Position numbers and translations under genes: made by a program. From contig OZ024746.1 of assembly GCA_964016885.1 (NCBI GenBank), positions 30,318,001 through 30,382,000 on the forward strand: DNA of 64,000 bases, given 5' to 3'. The stretch comes from Eledone cirrhosa. Taxonomy: Eukaryota. How positions within the stretch are numbered: the stretch's first letter is position 1; each line of letters starts with the position of its first letter. Positions 41,650 through 55,410 of this stretch are shown piece by piece. The notes below the pieces were generated by a model. It saw only the letters and a list, made by a program, of their open reading frames with translations, made no database searches and was not told the DNA's origin.

Positions 41650-42392
41650 TGTGTGTATGTGTGTGTGTGACTGCCTGTGTATCTGTGTGTCTGTTTGTTT
41701 GTGTATCTTTGTCAGTGTATGTGTCTATGCTTGTGTCCGTCTGCCTTTGTGTGTGTGTGGGGGGGTATGTGTGTGTGTGTGTATGTGTGTCTGTGGTGTT
41801 TGTGTTTACTGTTTATTATGTCAGGCATCTTAGCAGTGTATGTGTCTATGCTTGTGTCCGTCTGCCTTTGTGTGTGGGGGGGGGGGGGGTATGTGTGTGT
41901 GTGTGTGTGTGTGTACGTGTGTCTGTGGTGTTTGTGTTTACTGTTTATTATGTCAGGCATCTTAGCTGTTCGAACAAAAGTGATCCTTAAAGTAAGTACC
42001 GGACAAGAAATTAAAACAAAGCATTAGGTTCGATATGATCGCCAAAACTCCTTCATTGCTGTGCCCCAGCATGGCCACAGTTCCAAGACAGAAACCAATA
42101 GAAGTATAGACCAAGCTCCGCCGCCCCAGCATACCCCAGTTCTATGACATAAAGAAGAATAAAGCAATGCTGTGCCCCAGCATGACCCTAGTTCCATGAC
42201 ATAAACCATTAGAAGAATAAAGCAATGCTGTGCTCCAGCATGATCAGAGCTCCAAGACAGAAACCAATAGAAGTATAAAGCAAAGCTGTGCTCCAGCATG
42301 ACCACAGTTTTATGAAAGTAACCAATAGAAGCATAAACCAAAGCTGTTCCCCAGCATCACCCTAGTTCCATGACAGAAACCAATAGAAGAAT
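41535..42392 (+). mobile_element. SINE 3' part with internal (GT)n, a ~120-bp internal duplication and a six-fold tandemised tail
   Basis: Tail unit gctgtgccccagcatg-n-cacagtt-n-atgacagaaaccaatagaag at 42058-42392; a related single tail at ~16975-17030. Confidence 0.65.
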
Positions 42393-43086
42393 GAACTAGT
42401 AATCATAATTAATTATTAAACATAGTGAAATTAGTAATCAGAAGCTGTAACGTTGCACTGTGCTTGTAATTCAAAGGCTCAGCTTTGTATTATATCCTAG
42501 TATGACACTGATTCTGTCTGACGATTAGGTGAAGGGCACACGTGTCTGTGGAATACTCAACCACTTACACAATACAAGATAAAGTGTAGCTGTTTCGCGG
42601 TGGTTTCGATTGGGAATTACTTTAAGGGTACACGTGCCTGTGAAATCCTCAATCAGCTACATATTAATTCAAAAGGACAAAGTTGAAAGTTCAGTTGATC
42701 CCCGTCGAAACCGACGGAGGATCGGTGACTATCATTTCGGTTTATTTCAATGCCATACATCAGAACTAAGCGACTGAAATGATAATTACAAAATAATCTC
42801 AAATAATTAATTATATTTGAGCGAGACGGTGATGAAATTAAAACATTAACTCATAGGATTTAATATTTTACAAATCTGTAATTGAAGGAGTGGTTAGAGC
42901 GTTCAATAGAACATCTTGTGGCAAATTCTCTGCAGTGGTTTAACTTTGCCTTTCATCCATCCGAGGCAGAATTAATAAAAAACATATGTATATATATATG
43001 CAAAAGTTCTATTTAAATTGTTGGGATACAACAAGCAAATATTTTTATAACTGATATAAAGCACTCGACAAGTATTTGGAGTAAAT

Positions 43087-43440
43087 ATACGATATTAATA
43101 AATGGAAACTATATTTATAAAACCATATTTATTTCATTATACATATTTCAAGGATACCATGTTAAATTATGGTATGCCTTCATCAGACAAAATACAATAT
43201 ATCCCAGTTTTATAAATAAATATTGACGTACCCTTTCAAAATGCGACCGTTATTTTTTGAAGACATCAGGATAGTAACGGTCGCATTTTGAAAGGGTACG
43301 TCAATGTTTATTTATAAAACTGGTATATATTGTATTTTGTCTGATGAAGACATACCATAATTTAACATGGTATCCTTGAAATATATATAATGAAATAAAT
43401 ATGGTTTTATAAATATAGTTTCCATTTATTAATATCGTAT
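43087..43440. mobile_element. fold-back element, ~165-bp near-perfect inverted arms, one hammerhead per arm
   Basis: Arms are reverse complements around ~43263; TA-flanked; left extension 43000-43050 also occurs at 23583-23630. Confidence 0.88.
43333..43397 (+). ncRNA. minimal type I hammerhead motif (antisense copy at 43130-43194)
   Basis: UAUUUUGU-CUGAUGA-AGAC AUACCAU AAUUUAAC AUGGUAU CCUU-GAAAUAUAUAUA-AUGAAAUA. Confidence 0.78.
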
Positions 43441-44404
43441 GTATATATATATATATTTCCGATTGACTTAAGAAGCAATGAAAGAATTTGAAACTGGTAA
43501 TATAGTCGTCTCATCGCAGTTGAATATAATATTCTTCTTCGCTCATTTATTTCTGTGAGTATCGTGAGGGCAGTGTCGTCAAGCACGCCTTCCAGCGGGC
43601 CCACTCACAAGCAATCTTCACCGATTGATCCAGCTGAATCTTCAAGCGAGACCAGCCGAGCTCATGCGTGTTATCCATTCATCTTGCTCAATCTACCACT
43701 GGGACTCATACGACAATCATTGACAAGGTAATCCTTACTGTAATGGCTTAATACACGCGTCCGGCATCGGATTGATGCGTGGTTCGATTCCACGAAGGTA
43801 CCTCTGTCCACCTTTATTCAGTCACCAGAAATACTTTATCCGATTTTCCCAGCACATACTTATAGTGGCCTATGATTATTATAGTCATCTGCGTTGGAGT
43901 GGACAACATTTCAAATTTCTTATATTTATTTATAAAACTAAATGTGTTCTTTATTGTTTGTTCAATTAATAATACTCTCAAATGGCGTGCATCTATTCTT
44001 CACTATTTGTGCTATAAATTAAGTTATTTGTTGCTAGAATGTAGACAAAACCAAATTGGTGATTCTTAGTTATCACTCATTTAACTGAACAGAAAATTAA
44101 AACTCCTTCGGGCAATATATCTTAATTAAAATTACTTGTAATTAATGATTATATACAGCACATATATTAATTAACGATGGCTGTGAGAGACATATGAAGA
44201 ATGTGATGGGAGCCTTTTTCATCTTTTTTTTATATTTTTTGCTTTACAATTAATACAAATGGAGAATTCTTGGAATTTGTCTTTCACATAAGCACGCACA
44301 CTCGCACGCACACTCGCACGCACACATATATATACATGCATACATATATATGCGTGCATGTATATATATATATATATGTATGTCTGTATGTATATATATA
44401 TATA

Positions 44405-44463
44405 CAGGGTGTCCCCCAAAAATGTATATATACTTCAACATCACACATTTTGGGGACACCCTG
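44405..44463. mobile_element. 59-bp Tc1/mariner-type MITE or deletion derivative
   Basis: TA-cagggtgtcccccaaaaatgt...acattttggggacaccctg; CAGGGTG termini are typical of Tc1/mariner. Confidence 0.7.
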
Positions 44464-44533
44464 CATACATACATATGTGTGTGTGTATGTATGTGTGAAT
44501 GTGTGTATATATATATGAGTGTGTGTGTGTGTG

Positions 44534-44604
<71 letters not shown>

Positions 44605-44847
44605 AATCTAGTGGCAGAAACGTAAAGACTAACAACACACATTATTCGATCACTATCAATTATAATTGAGAAAATCGAGTAAGATAATCCTGGAGAGGAA
44701 ATCGAACTGTTCACCTATTGGAGATTGGGTACTGTTATATTTATTTCGGATGATTCAAACTTTCCTGTATTAATGCTCTAAAGACAAATCGAATGTTCAT
44801 ATATATTTACATCTATGTGTGTGTCCATATATACATACACATTCATG

Positions 44848-44894
<47 letters not shown>

Positions 44895-45224
44895 TGGCTG
44901 CCAACTCGTTTTCGAGTACGGCCACTACTTTATATCCATGTAGAAGAACCCCTACCGATGCGCTGAACAAGTGTGACATTTTAGTCCAGCCAGCGACTTT
45001 AAAACTCTGGTAGAAACACTACACTTGTGACAATTATTGACACATAGTGCTGGGCCCATGGTACCATGAGACGACTAGTGCAGAAAGATCTCCAGATATA
45101 AAGCAATGCCTGTGCCGTGAAGCTTTTATAGTGAGCACTGCACAAAGCCAGTCCCACTCTCTTAACCAAGATGATATTTACCAAAAAGAAGAACAAATCA
45201 ACATCATTGGATACCATCAGGGTT

Positions 45225-45499
45225 GCAGGTGTTATAACAGAGTTTTCCTTCTCCTAGAATTCTGCCATGACAAAGGCTAAGGGGTCATCTCTCCCGGGGA
45301 TTTTGGATGGCCATTGACTCTTAAGAGTTCCTTTGCTCTTTGACAGGTTTTGTTTTTAGTCCTGCAGGATGTCCAAAGTCACCCTCCTCACCAAGAAATC
45401 TTGGTGGGGTTGCCAGTTTAGTCGCCAACGACCCGACCATGAGACAGGTTGTACTGGAATACATGTTACCAATAGCACCAACTGGTGACCTGACCTGAC

Positions 45500-45502
<3 letters not shown>
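45225..45502 (-). mobile_element. probable RTE-related 5' UTR or SINE fragment
   Basis: cagagttttccttctcctaga and ggggttgccagtttagtcgcc resemble RTE-associated leader motifs; recognised from memory only. Confidence 0.35.
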
Positions 45503-45566
<64 letters not shown>

Positions 45567-46081
45567 TTATTAAAATAACAGATTAAAGTTTAAGTAAAGA
45601 ATCGGTGCCTTTACCCTTAACGGGATATGTATACATGTAAATGTAATCTGAGTTTTTCGAATATTAATGATAATATTCGATTCGTTTTCAATTATGCAAA
45701 CAGCCACTTTTTTAAGCCATGTCAGTAGAATGAGCCCCTCATTCTTGCTCTTGTGTTGGCATGTAAACAGAACTGCAGACACTAATATTTCTGGGTATCA
45801 CCCTTCATCAGTGCAGTTCACTGTTCACCTACCAACTGTCAGAGCTAGTGAAAATATATGATATTTTCTCAAATATACAGTGACTGATCAGCCTGATTTG
45901 CATATTAGCAGAGTGGCTGATTAGTTAGATCTGCATATTAACAGATCCACTGATCAGCCAGATTTACATATCAGCAGACAGGCCAGTCAGTTTCCTGTAT
46001 ACGAGCGAGTTATGGCCGGCTTTGCCATATTCAAATAAATAAAATAAAAAAAGATTATAGCTCTACATGGCTATATTTATA

Positions 46082-46112
<31 letters not shown>

Positions 46113-46130
46113 GAATATAGCCATGTAGAG

Positions 46131-46237
<107 letters not shown>

Positions 46238-46238
46238 T

Positions 46239-46269
<31 letters not shown>

Positions 46270-46270
46270 T

Positions 46271-46388
<118 letters not shown>

Positions 46389-46544
46389 GTATACGTACAT
46401 ACATATATGTATACAGACGTACAGTAGTATGTATATATATACATACATGCACACATATATACATGCACGTAATATGCATAAGCCGTTAATATGCATGAGG
46501 AAAGTATATACTTTCAGACGTTCAACCATCTGGCAGGAAGGTAT

Positions 46545-46587
46545 ACGATGCTGATGATAGCTAATAGGCTTGAAACTGGTACATCGT
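46545..46587 (+). ncRNA. minimal type I hammerhead motif inside an inverted-repeat-bounded unit (46387-46799)
   Basis: ACGAUG-CUGAUGA-U AGC UAAUAG GCU U-GAAAC UG GUA-CAUCGU; perfect 6-bp stem I. Confidence 0.78.
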
Positions 46588-46864
46588 TCCTGTGTCAGTG
46601 TTGAACAAAAAGGTGACGTGGTTGCCTAAACAATATACGGCGTAATTCGGGCTGTTTGTTTGTTTACAAACAAACAAACCGAGCATTATAAAAATGTTCG
46701 GTAAACCGATCCGTGCATGTATATATGTGTGTGCATGCATGTATATATATATACATACTACTGTACGTCTGTATATATATATGTATGTACGTATACATAC
46801 ATACTTACATTTAAGTAAGTGCCATACTAAGAGTGAGAAATGAAATTTCGTTTCATTCTATTCC

Positions 46865-46961
<97 letters not shown>

Positions 46962-47466
46962 TAACCTCGATTTCATGTGATTGATTCTTTTGAATTTGCC
47001 ACCAACCAAGTAGGCAGTGATTTTTTCAATGTCTTGGAACTTAGTCCACGCTTTGCTTTTTTCCATCCACTGAATTATGTTTGTATAAGTTCCCTGTGTC
47101 CACGCATTGCCTAGGAACTTAGCTGAGAATAGACTTCCCTGATGACGAAAGGCTTTCTCCATGTGTTCCTTCGGAAACCATGTTTATTCCCTTTCAGAAA
47201 CTAATTAGTTGGAGTGAAATTTTAGTAAGTAAGTTAATTTATATAATTTTCTTATTTTACGTCTTTCATATAATTGTTCTGCATCCCCTTGCATTGAACC
47301 ACAAAGTTACTAAGACAAAATCTATATATTTGCTAGCATAGGTATGGATCTGTATATATGTGTTGGTAGATATACTAATTCTTTATATATATATATATAT
47401 ATAAATGAAAGGTATAGAAATTGTTTTAGCGAGAAGCTAATAGTATTCCATAACATATATGCGACA

Positions 47467-47504
<38 letters not shown>

Positions 47505-47800
47505 TGTGCCTGTGTGTCGAGTGATTTGTGATGTAATGTAAGGAAGAACATAGACCACGACCCCACTATAACTGGAACAACCACCACGGACTTGCTAAAA
47601 CTCATAACAAGGACCCGATCGTACACGGCTACCTACTTTCACTCCGACTAGAGTGTGATTTGACAGGCTCTCTAGATTATTGGTTTGGTGATTCTATTTT
47701 ATCTCTTCACTTTTAATTTTTTATATTGATCTTTTAATCTAGTGTCATAACTACACCAACATATATGTAATGTAGTTTTAGGGCATATATATATATATAT

Positions 47801-49808
47801 TTGGTGTGGAGAAATGCGTAGAAATGATCAGTGAGATCAATGTTGAATTCGGTGGGATTGATGCCAGTGAGCTGGGACTCCCACTCAAACTTACCTATAG
47901 TAATAATTATCTAGATACATATGGCCTTAGCAACCTGTGCCCTACAAGACCAGCAAGAGGCAGACCACCTACCATTACCTCAATGGCCAAGAAAACCCAC
48001 ACAGATAGATGGAACAGGTGGACCAGAGCCATACGGACCCCCGAAAACCACGATGAACTAAAGAAAATGATTGCACATGCGGTGGGGGCAAGCATAAAAT
48101 TAACCCTTAAGGAACATATGTTCAAATTTAATGGAAAAACATATGCTGAAGAGGAGGGAGCAGCCATTGGTGTTAGCATTGCAGGTGACATAGCTAACCT
48201 ATTCATGGTATGGTGGGACAATGGACTTAAACTTAAACTTAAAGAACAATTAGAAGACAGCAACCCCTTAACCCTGATAATGTACTCCCGCTACGTTGAT
48301 GATATAAACATCGTAGTAAAAATACCCCCAATAGAGAACAGTCAGGAATTAGAGAAAAACACCATGGAAAGATTCCAGCAAATAGGTAACTCCATCCACC
48401 AGAGTATTAGAGTTACTATAGACTACCCAAGCAAACACCCCAACCATCGATTACCTGTACTAGACACAGAGCTCTGGTTAGATAATAATAATAACAAAAA
48501 ACAAATCCCCCATTCCCATTAAGCCAAACCCATGACTTCCAAATATATGATCCACCAAAACTCAGCTGTTTCGGACCATACCAAAATCAACATACTGATT
48601 GCGGATTTGGTACAGGTGATGAAAAATGTGTCCCGCATGTACAACCCCAAAGAACTAGAGAGACACATACAACACTTCACCCACCGTATGCAGTTCTCTG
48701 GTTACAATCAGAGAGATAAAATCAGAGTATATATAGGAGCCAGAACCAAATGGGAAACAATGGTAAATAATGACACAAATGGGACCTGCCCCTTGAATAG
48801 GAGCAAATTTTGGAATAGAATAGAAAGAACTAGGAATAAGGTTAATAGAATAAATTCATGGTATGATAGCAATAAATACCAGAGTGTAATGTTCATCGAT
48901 ACAACCCCTAGAGGTGAATTAGCTTACAAATTTAGAAGGGCCCTAGATAAACATAAACTCAATATTAAGATAGTAGAAAGACCAGGTTCAACCATAAACA
49001 AACTTATTAGCAATACATACCCTTTACAAAGACCTCCCTGTATAGATAAGAAATGTATAATCTGTAAATTAAGCCCCCATATTAACTGTAAAACTAGAAA
49101 TGTAGTATATAGCATAAGATGTACTGAAGGACAATGTAGAGATAAGAATATAGTGTACATAGGTGAGACAGCTCGTAGTATAGGGGAACGGATAAATGAA
49201 CACTGGCGAGACCTTCAAGATAGTAAAGAATCATCTGTACTCTACCAACATGCTAAAATAGAACATAAGGGTAAATTAGAGAACATAGAAATAAAAATAG
49301 AATCTACACACAGAAAAGACGCAATGTTTAAACAAATCACAGAGGCATAAACATAAATAAACTCCAACCAATATTAAACAGAAAACATGAATGGAACAGC
49401 AACATCACAACTTACAATTAAGGACAAAATGAAAACACACACGCACATAGAACAAACAACCAACCAGTAATATGTAAATAAACAAATAAATAAACAAATA
49501 TAAACACACACAGACACCCGGATGTAACACATGCGCAAACTAAGCACAGAACACACACAAAAACAAGATGGCGTAGGACAGAACAAAGGAGAGGCACAAA
49601 AACAAAGAAAAGAATCCCCAGTCACTGAAGAGGTCAGAGAATGCGCGAGGAAAGAACTTTGACAATATATAAACAATCATCTGGTTGTGGAACCAACCAA
49701 CCAACCGGAAATTTATAAATTCCTAAATTTATAAATTTATTATAATAAATTGAAGTGAAAGCAACTGGTGCGTGTGTTTCTTATTGGCAACATGACCCTC
49801 CCAAATAT

Positions 49809-49813
<5 letters not shown>
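47801..49813 (+). mobile_element. 5'-truncated Penelope-like retroelement of a second lineage, inserted in (TA)n
   Basis: RT + GIY-YIG frame followed by a ~400-bp 3' region shared with 22750-22915; TA tracts on both sides. Confidence 0.92.
47806..49400 (+). pseudogene. disrupted Penelope-like RT + Cys-rich linker + GIY-YIG endonuclease
   Basis: FKFNGKTYAEEEGAAIGVSIAGDIANLFM, YSRYVDDI, RLPVLDT; in-frame TAA at 48520 joins ORFs 47806-48522 and 48532-49350; CIDKKCIIC..C; VVYSIRC..YIGETARSIGERINEH; frameshifted end ILNRKHEWN. Confidence 0.92.
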
Positions 49814-49872
<59 letters not shown>

Positions 49873-50335
49873 TGGGGGTGTAGTTCAAGGAGTTAACGCT
49901 TTATATTGGAAAGAGGAAAGAAAGTTCGACGTGTCGGGACTATGCCCTTCTTCAGGAGTACAAATAGAGACAGGGTCACAATGGAGAAACAGAAAGAATG
50001 TCCAGTAAAGACACAAAAAAAAGCCGTTAGGTAGTCTTGGTAACGAGTATGAACGCAAAAAGACAGCAGTAGGCCTGGCTGGAAATTTACTTTAGACTTT
50101 TAAATTCTTCGAAAGCACTGTATATATTTCGATGGCCCAGCCTTATCATCCTATCATGATGCAACATTTAGACGATATGTATATGAGTGTGTGTGTATTC
50201 ATATATGTGTGTGTGTATGTGTGTATGTGTGTGCAAGTATGTGTGTGTGTGCGTGTGTGTTTTTGTTTGTGTGTGTATACATTTGCATTTGCTTGTTGAT
50301 TTCGTTTAGCAGGTTTCTGCTAGTTTCTCCAACCT

Positions 50336-50376
<41 letters not shown>

Positions 50377-50422
50377 CTCTTCCTGTTTCTTCATATACAT
50401 ACTCACAGATACATACACACAC

Positions 50423-50459
<37 letters not shown>

Positions 50460-50463
50460 AACA

Positions 50464-50555
<92 letters not shown>

Positions 50556-50564
50556 TATATATAC

Positions 50565-50670
<106 letters not shown>

Positions 50671-50899
50671 CATCAATATATTTCTTCTTTCACCGTTTTC
50701 TTTAATTTCAATAGAGTCTTAGACAGATTAAAATCTATTCGGAATGAAATTTAATTTTCTAGCTTTACTTTGATATATTCCCATGGCTATATTTAACAAC
50801 TGATATAAATGTGATAGATAAACGGAATCTTGCCTGTATAATGTTTAAACTGGTGTATCTAATGGTGGGGATGCAGGTGCAATGTATGTACCCGTATAA

Positions 50900-50933
<34 letters not shown>

Positions 50934-50947
50934 TTATTTATCTCTCT

Positions 50948-51046
<99 letters not shown>

Positions 51047-51048
51047 AA

Positions 51049-51466
51049 ATCAAAAGATAGTTAAAAGAGTTCCATGTATTTTATTATGCGCATTTCAAAA
51101 ACAAATATCATCATGCAATAACATTTGTGTTTTCATCAGATAAAATAGGAAGACATAATATGAAAGTTAAAAAACACTTGTGAATAGTGCAGTTTTAAAT
51201 CAACATATATATGTTGATTTAAAACTGCACTATCCACAAGTGTTTTTTAACCTTCATATTATGTCTTCCTATTTTATCTGATGAAAACACAAATGTTATT
51301 GCATGATGATATTTGTTTTTGAAATGCGCATAATAAAATACATGGAACTCTTTTAACTATCTTTTGATCTTATATATTATGTATACTCCAGTCCTACAAA
51401 CTGTAGAGTGCTTCTTATCCGATATCTGCATTGCTTTATTGTACTACAATAAAACTCACCTCCTAC
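51049..51466 (+). mobile_element. fold-back element, ~160-bp inverted arms centred on a short (TA) run, one hammerhead per arm, ~100-bp unpaired 3' tail
   Basis: 51049-51368 is self-complementary with about 2 mismatches; TA-flanked. Confidence 0.9.
51270..51340 (+). ncRNA. minimal type I hammerhead motif (antisense copy at 51077-51147)
   Basis: UAUUUUAU-CUGAUGA-AAAC ACAAAUGUUAUU GCAU GAUGAUAUUUGU UUUU-GAAAU GCGC AUA-AUAAAAUA; 8-bp stem I; palindromic AUGCGCAU. Confidence 0.85.
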
Positions 51467-51724
51467 ATATATATATATATATATAGTTGTTTGGTATGTA
51501 AAGTTCAGTTACTGTGGCTTCACCAGTTAAGCACTCAATATTACGCGGATATTCCCGTGCACTTCGTTCTTCACAAGTCTGATGAGCTGTCGATTGGTGA
51601 GTCAGGTCTGTCATGAGCGAGCCTACCTCGAGCAGATCCACGTGTGTCACAGGGGAATAAAATACGCACTAGATGCTAAAATGATACCTCGTTGCCATTT
51701 ACATATTATTATTCTTTTCGTAAT

Positions 51725-52085
51725 AATAATTGTTTCTACTTTTGGCACAAGGCCAGCAATTATCACAGTACATTACTGGTACTTTATTTTATCTACCCCC
51801 GTAAGGATGAAAGGCAAAGTTAACCTCGGCGAGATTTGAACTCAGAATGGCAAGGGCCGTAACTCCATGCGTCAAAGTATGGCGTCCGACCCTAATAATA
51901 ATTGTTTCTACGTTTGGCACAAAGGCCAGCAATAACCCAGTACATTACTGGTACTTTATTTTATCGACCCCGTAAGGATGAAAGGCAAAGTTTAGCTCGG
52001 CAGGATTTGAACTCAGAATAGAAAGGGCCGTAACTCTATGCGTCAAAGCATGACGTCCGACCCTCTACCGATACTGCCAATCCAC
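51725..52085 (-). mobile_element. two head-to-tail tRNA-derived SINE copies
   Basis: Reverse complement of the 9403/54545 SINE twice (ggatgaaaggcaaagtt, gatttgaactcagaa). Confidence 0.8.
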
Positions 52086-52201
52086 TGATAATAATAATAG
52101 TTATATATATATTATAAAGAGTCGGGACCCAACGGCTGAGCTCTTGCCACTTCAACAGCTAGTTCCGGATCCTTGTAACTATATATATATATATGTATAT
52201 A

Positions 52202-52270
<69 letters not shown>

Positions 52271-52304
52271 AGATTTGAATGGATACAGTTTAGTTGAAAG
52301 GAAT

Positions 52305-52425
52305 TTATTGACACGTGTTTCTATAACAGTTACATAACCTGAAAACAGCTGCTATCTACAAAGTATTAGTTATGCAGACATTCAATATTTCAATGTTATT
52401 ATCTACTGTCATTTCATCAGAATAA
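52305..52425 (-). ncRNA. type I hammerhead motif with ~90-nt extended stem II
   Basis: Minus strand UUAUU-CUGAUGA-A AUGACAG...CUGUUAU A-GAAAC ACGU GUC-AAUAA; palindromic ACACGUGU; GUC site. Confidence 0.72.
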
Positions 52426-52980
52426 TATTACTGAGGACCTGTTTGGTTTTTATAGAGAATATTAGGAGGGAGGGGTGAAGTTGTTAGAAGAATAGTTGAG
52501 GGAGTGGTTTTTTGATAGCAGTGAGAATTTTTGGTGGCAGTGAGTAATTAGATTCCCATCTGTTGTTTTGACATTTTTATAGAATATATTATTGGATATT
52601 TTTCTAAATCTATAGAAGGATTAGAGATAGTAAAGATTCGTGTGGTTGGTTTTGTGTTTGCACTTAATTAACATTCAGACTTAAATTTTTCTTTCAAGTG
52701 TACGTATCCTTTCGCCCACGCATTCACACACAAACATATTTGCACACCTCTACAAAATACATATACTCACATTCACATAGTAACATGTTCTTACTTACAT
52801 ACATATACACATGCATACATATATATATACACACATGTATTCATGTACATACATACATACGCGTTCATGTGTATACATTTTCATACTCAACTTATCTTTA
52901 TATACACACGTATAGACACACACATATATACATACATACTCTAGTCTATGTGTATATATATATATATATATATACATATA

Positions 52981-53109
<129 letters not shown>

Positions 53110-53339
53110 CACTTTAATACATGAATACACTTACATCTAACTATACACATCAAACATATATATATATTTACTTATTTATATACATTTTCACATATATATA
53201 CATACTTATGGTCGCTTTTAGACACATTCATTATAGCATATTAACACCTATTCTCATCAGCATATCTTTCCATTATTAGTGTGGTAATTTGAGGTTATTA
53301 ATATACATATATATATGTTGAGAAGAGATTGTTTTTATA

Positions 53340-53555
<216 letters not shown>

Positions 53556-53569
53556 GTGAGGAAGAATTG

Positions 53570-53722
53570 ACCCTAGTACTTGACTGATTTTTTTTATTTA
53601 CAAACATCGAAATAATAAGATGTGAAGTTGACCTCCAGTTGAACCCAGAGCTCAGAGAGCTGGGACAACCACAGAAAAGCATTTTATCCAGAGTTCTAAT
53701 GATTCTGCCAATTCGCTGCCTT
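53570..53722 (-). mobile_element. diverged tRNA-derived SINE
   Basis: ttctgccaattcgctgcc head, degenerate core and gaccctagtact tail as in the other copies. Confidence 0.5.
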
Positions 53723-54544
53723 ACAAGGTTGCATACACATAAAACCGGATTTGGTAATGGGATTACCTTTAATATCTAACTCAACTTAAATACACAGAAA
53801 ATATTTTTGAAGTCTTAATCTAACATTTAATTACTCGCCCTAAATTTCTGGTCATGTACCCATGTTATATATCACTATGGTAAATTAAGACTGGTTTCAA
53901 CAATAATAGTATTTCAATTGGAGTTAAAAGCTCATTCTTCTGTTTTACATTCATAACGCTAATTCTAATTCTATCCTCATGTGTCACGCTCCATATCCAT
54001 CGTTATCTCTACCTCTTTATTTTTATCTGTTATACCTTGTTATTTGTTGTGCCTCGGCAAAAATTAATTAATATTAAACATTTGTAGATCTAGATATTAG
54101 ATAACAAAACACGTTGAAGTTTATAACGACACAGAAAATATATGTCTGAAATATTGATTACTTCTCAGATACTGTTGGCTTTTGAGAAATTAGATTTAAA
54201 TTCCCTATGTGCATATCGATTATGTCACTTTTTTAACGAAGCCTTGATATCATGTGAGGGAGAAATACAACACCGAGGCTCTACACGGTCGCTACATTTG
54301 CGAGAAATAATAGCTCCAAATATTCCTCAAATCACGCATGATGATTTAGTCAATATCACATATGGAGAAATTTTCCTCTGGCGGTATCTAAAGCCTAAAA
54401 ACCAAAAAAAACAAGGGGGAATAACTCCGATACAATCAGCTTATTGAGTAATTATTTTTTGTTTTCTTTTTCTACGAATTCTAATAATACTTCAACTCAG
54501 TATAATAATCTAAAACATTATACTATATAACATTATACTAATAG

Positions 54545-54735
54545 GGCGGTGGATTGGCAGTATCGGTAGAGGGTCGGACGCCATGCTTTGCAACAAAGAG
54601 TTACGGCCCTTTATGGTCTGAGTTCAAATCCCGCCGAGGTTAACTTTGCCTTTCATCCTTACTGGGTCGATAAAATAAAGTACCAGTAATATACTGGGAT
54701 AATTGCTGGCCTTGTGCCAAAAGTAGAAACAATTA
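54545..54735 (+). mobile_element. full-length tRNA-derived SINE (Meta-domain-like core)
   Basis: ggcggtggattggcagtatcgg...gagttcaaatcccgccgaggttaactttgcctttcatcc...gtcgataaaataaagtaccagt...agtagaaacaattat. Confidence 0.85.
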
Positions 54736-54749
54736 TACTATATAACTAT

Positions 54750-55020
54750 CTTAAAGTCGTGAGTTCGATACCTGGTGGTGCGTTGTGTCCTTGAGCAAGG
54801 TACTTTACTTCACGTTGCTCAAGTACACTCAGATGGAAAAAAAATGTGTAGGTATAATTCAAAGGGGTTAAGTGTCATGCTGAATCTCCCCGAGAACAAC
54901 CTTAACAGTACACATATCTGTGGAATGATCAGCCTCACTTACGTTGATTTTGTGAGATGGCTGTTCCTTTGATTAAAAACCTGGAACACTCGTCGTCGAA
55001 ATTGACGGTGATCCAACAAG
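54750..55020 (+). mobile_element. second SINE family, diverged; related pieces at ~42450-42725 and ~61075-61360
   Basis: B box-like gagttcgatacc, gtgtccttgagcaagg core, shared (g/t)acac-n-t-n-tctgtggaat block. Confidence 0.55.
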
Positions 55021-55376
55021 GTTATCTACCATACACAGAACCCCGTGAAATAAAACATATTGTTGTTACATACACAAACACATACCCTCCCATCATACAC
55101 ACACAAGCACTGGCACTCACACCCACAAAGACTCATGCATACACACACTTACAAACACACAAGCACACACACTCATACACACAGGCATATACACCCACAA
55201 ACACACACACAAACACACAAGCTCAAACTCAGACACACTGACATCCACACAGGCACATACACACATGTACACGCATACACACACACACACCCATAAACAC
55301 ACAGGCAAACACATTCACACTCCACACAGGCACACACAGACAAACGCACATACATATAAACACGCAACCACACAGG

Positions 55377-55407
<31 letters not shown>

Positions 55408-55410
<3 letters not shown>

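Noticed and set aside
47125-47192. Hammerhead-like CUGAUGA...GAAAC CAU GUU
   Set aside because: No stem I adjacent to the core.
49621-49663. Hammerhead in the tail of the second Penelope element (GUCA-CUGAAGA...GAAAG AA CUU-UGAC)
   Set aside because: Position and stem I fit, but stem II does not pair; at most a decayed copy, so not listed as a feature.
49925-49962. Minus-strand CUGAAGA-AGGGC AUA GUCCC-GACAC GUC
   Set aside because: GAAA is mutated to GACA and stem I is poor; probably a dead relic.
51575-51640. CUGAUGA match
   Set aside because: No downstream GAAA or stems; chance match.
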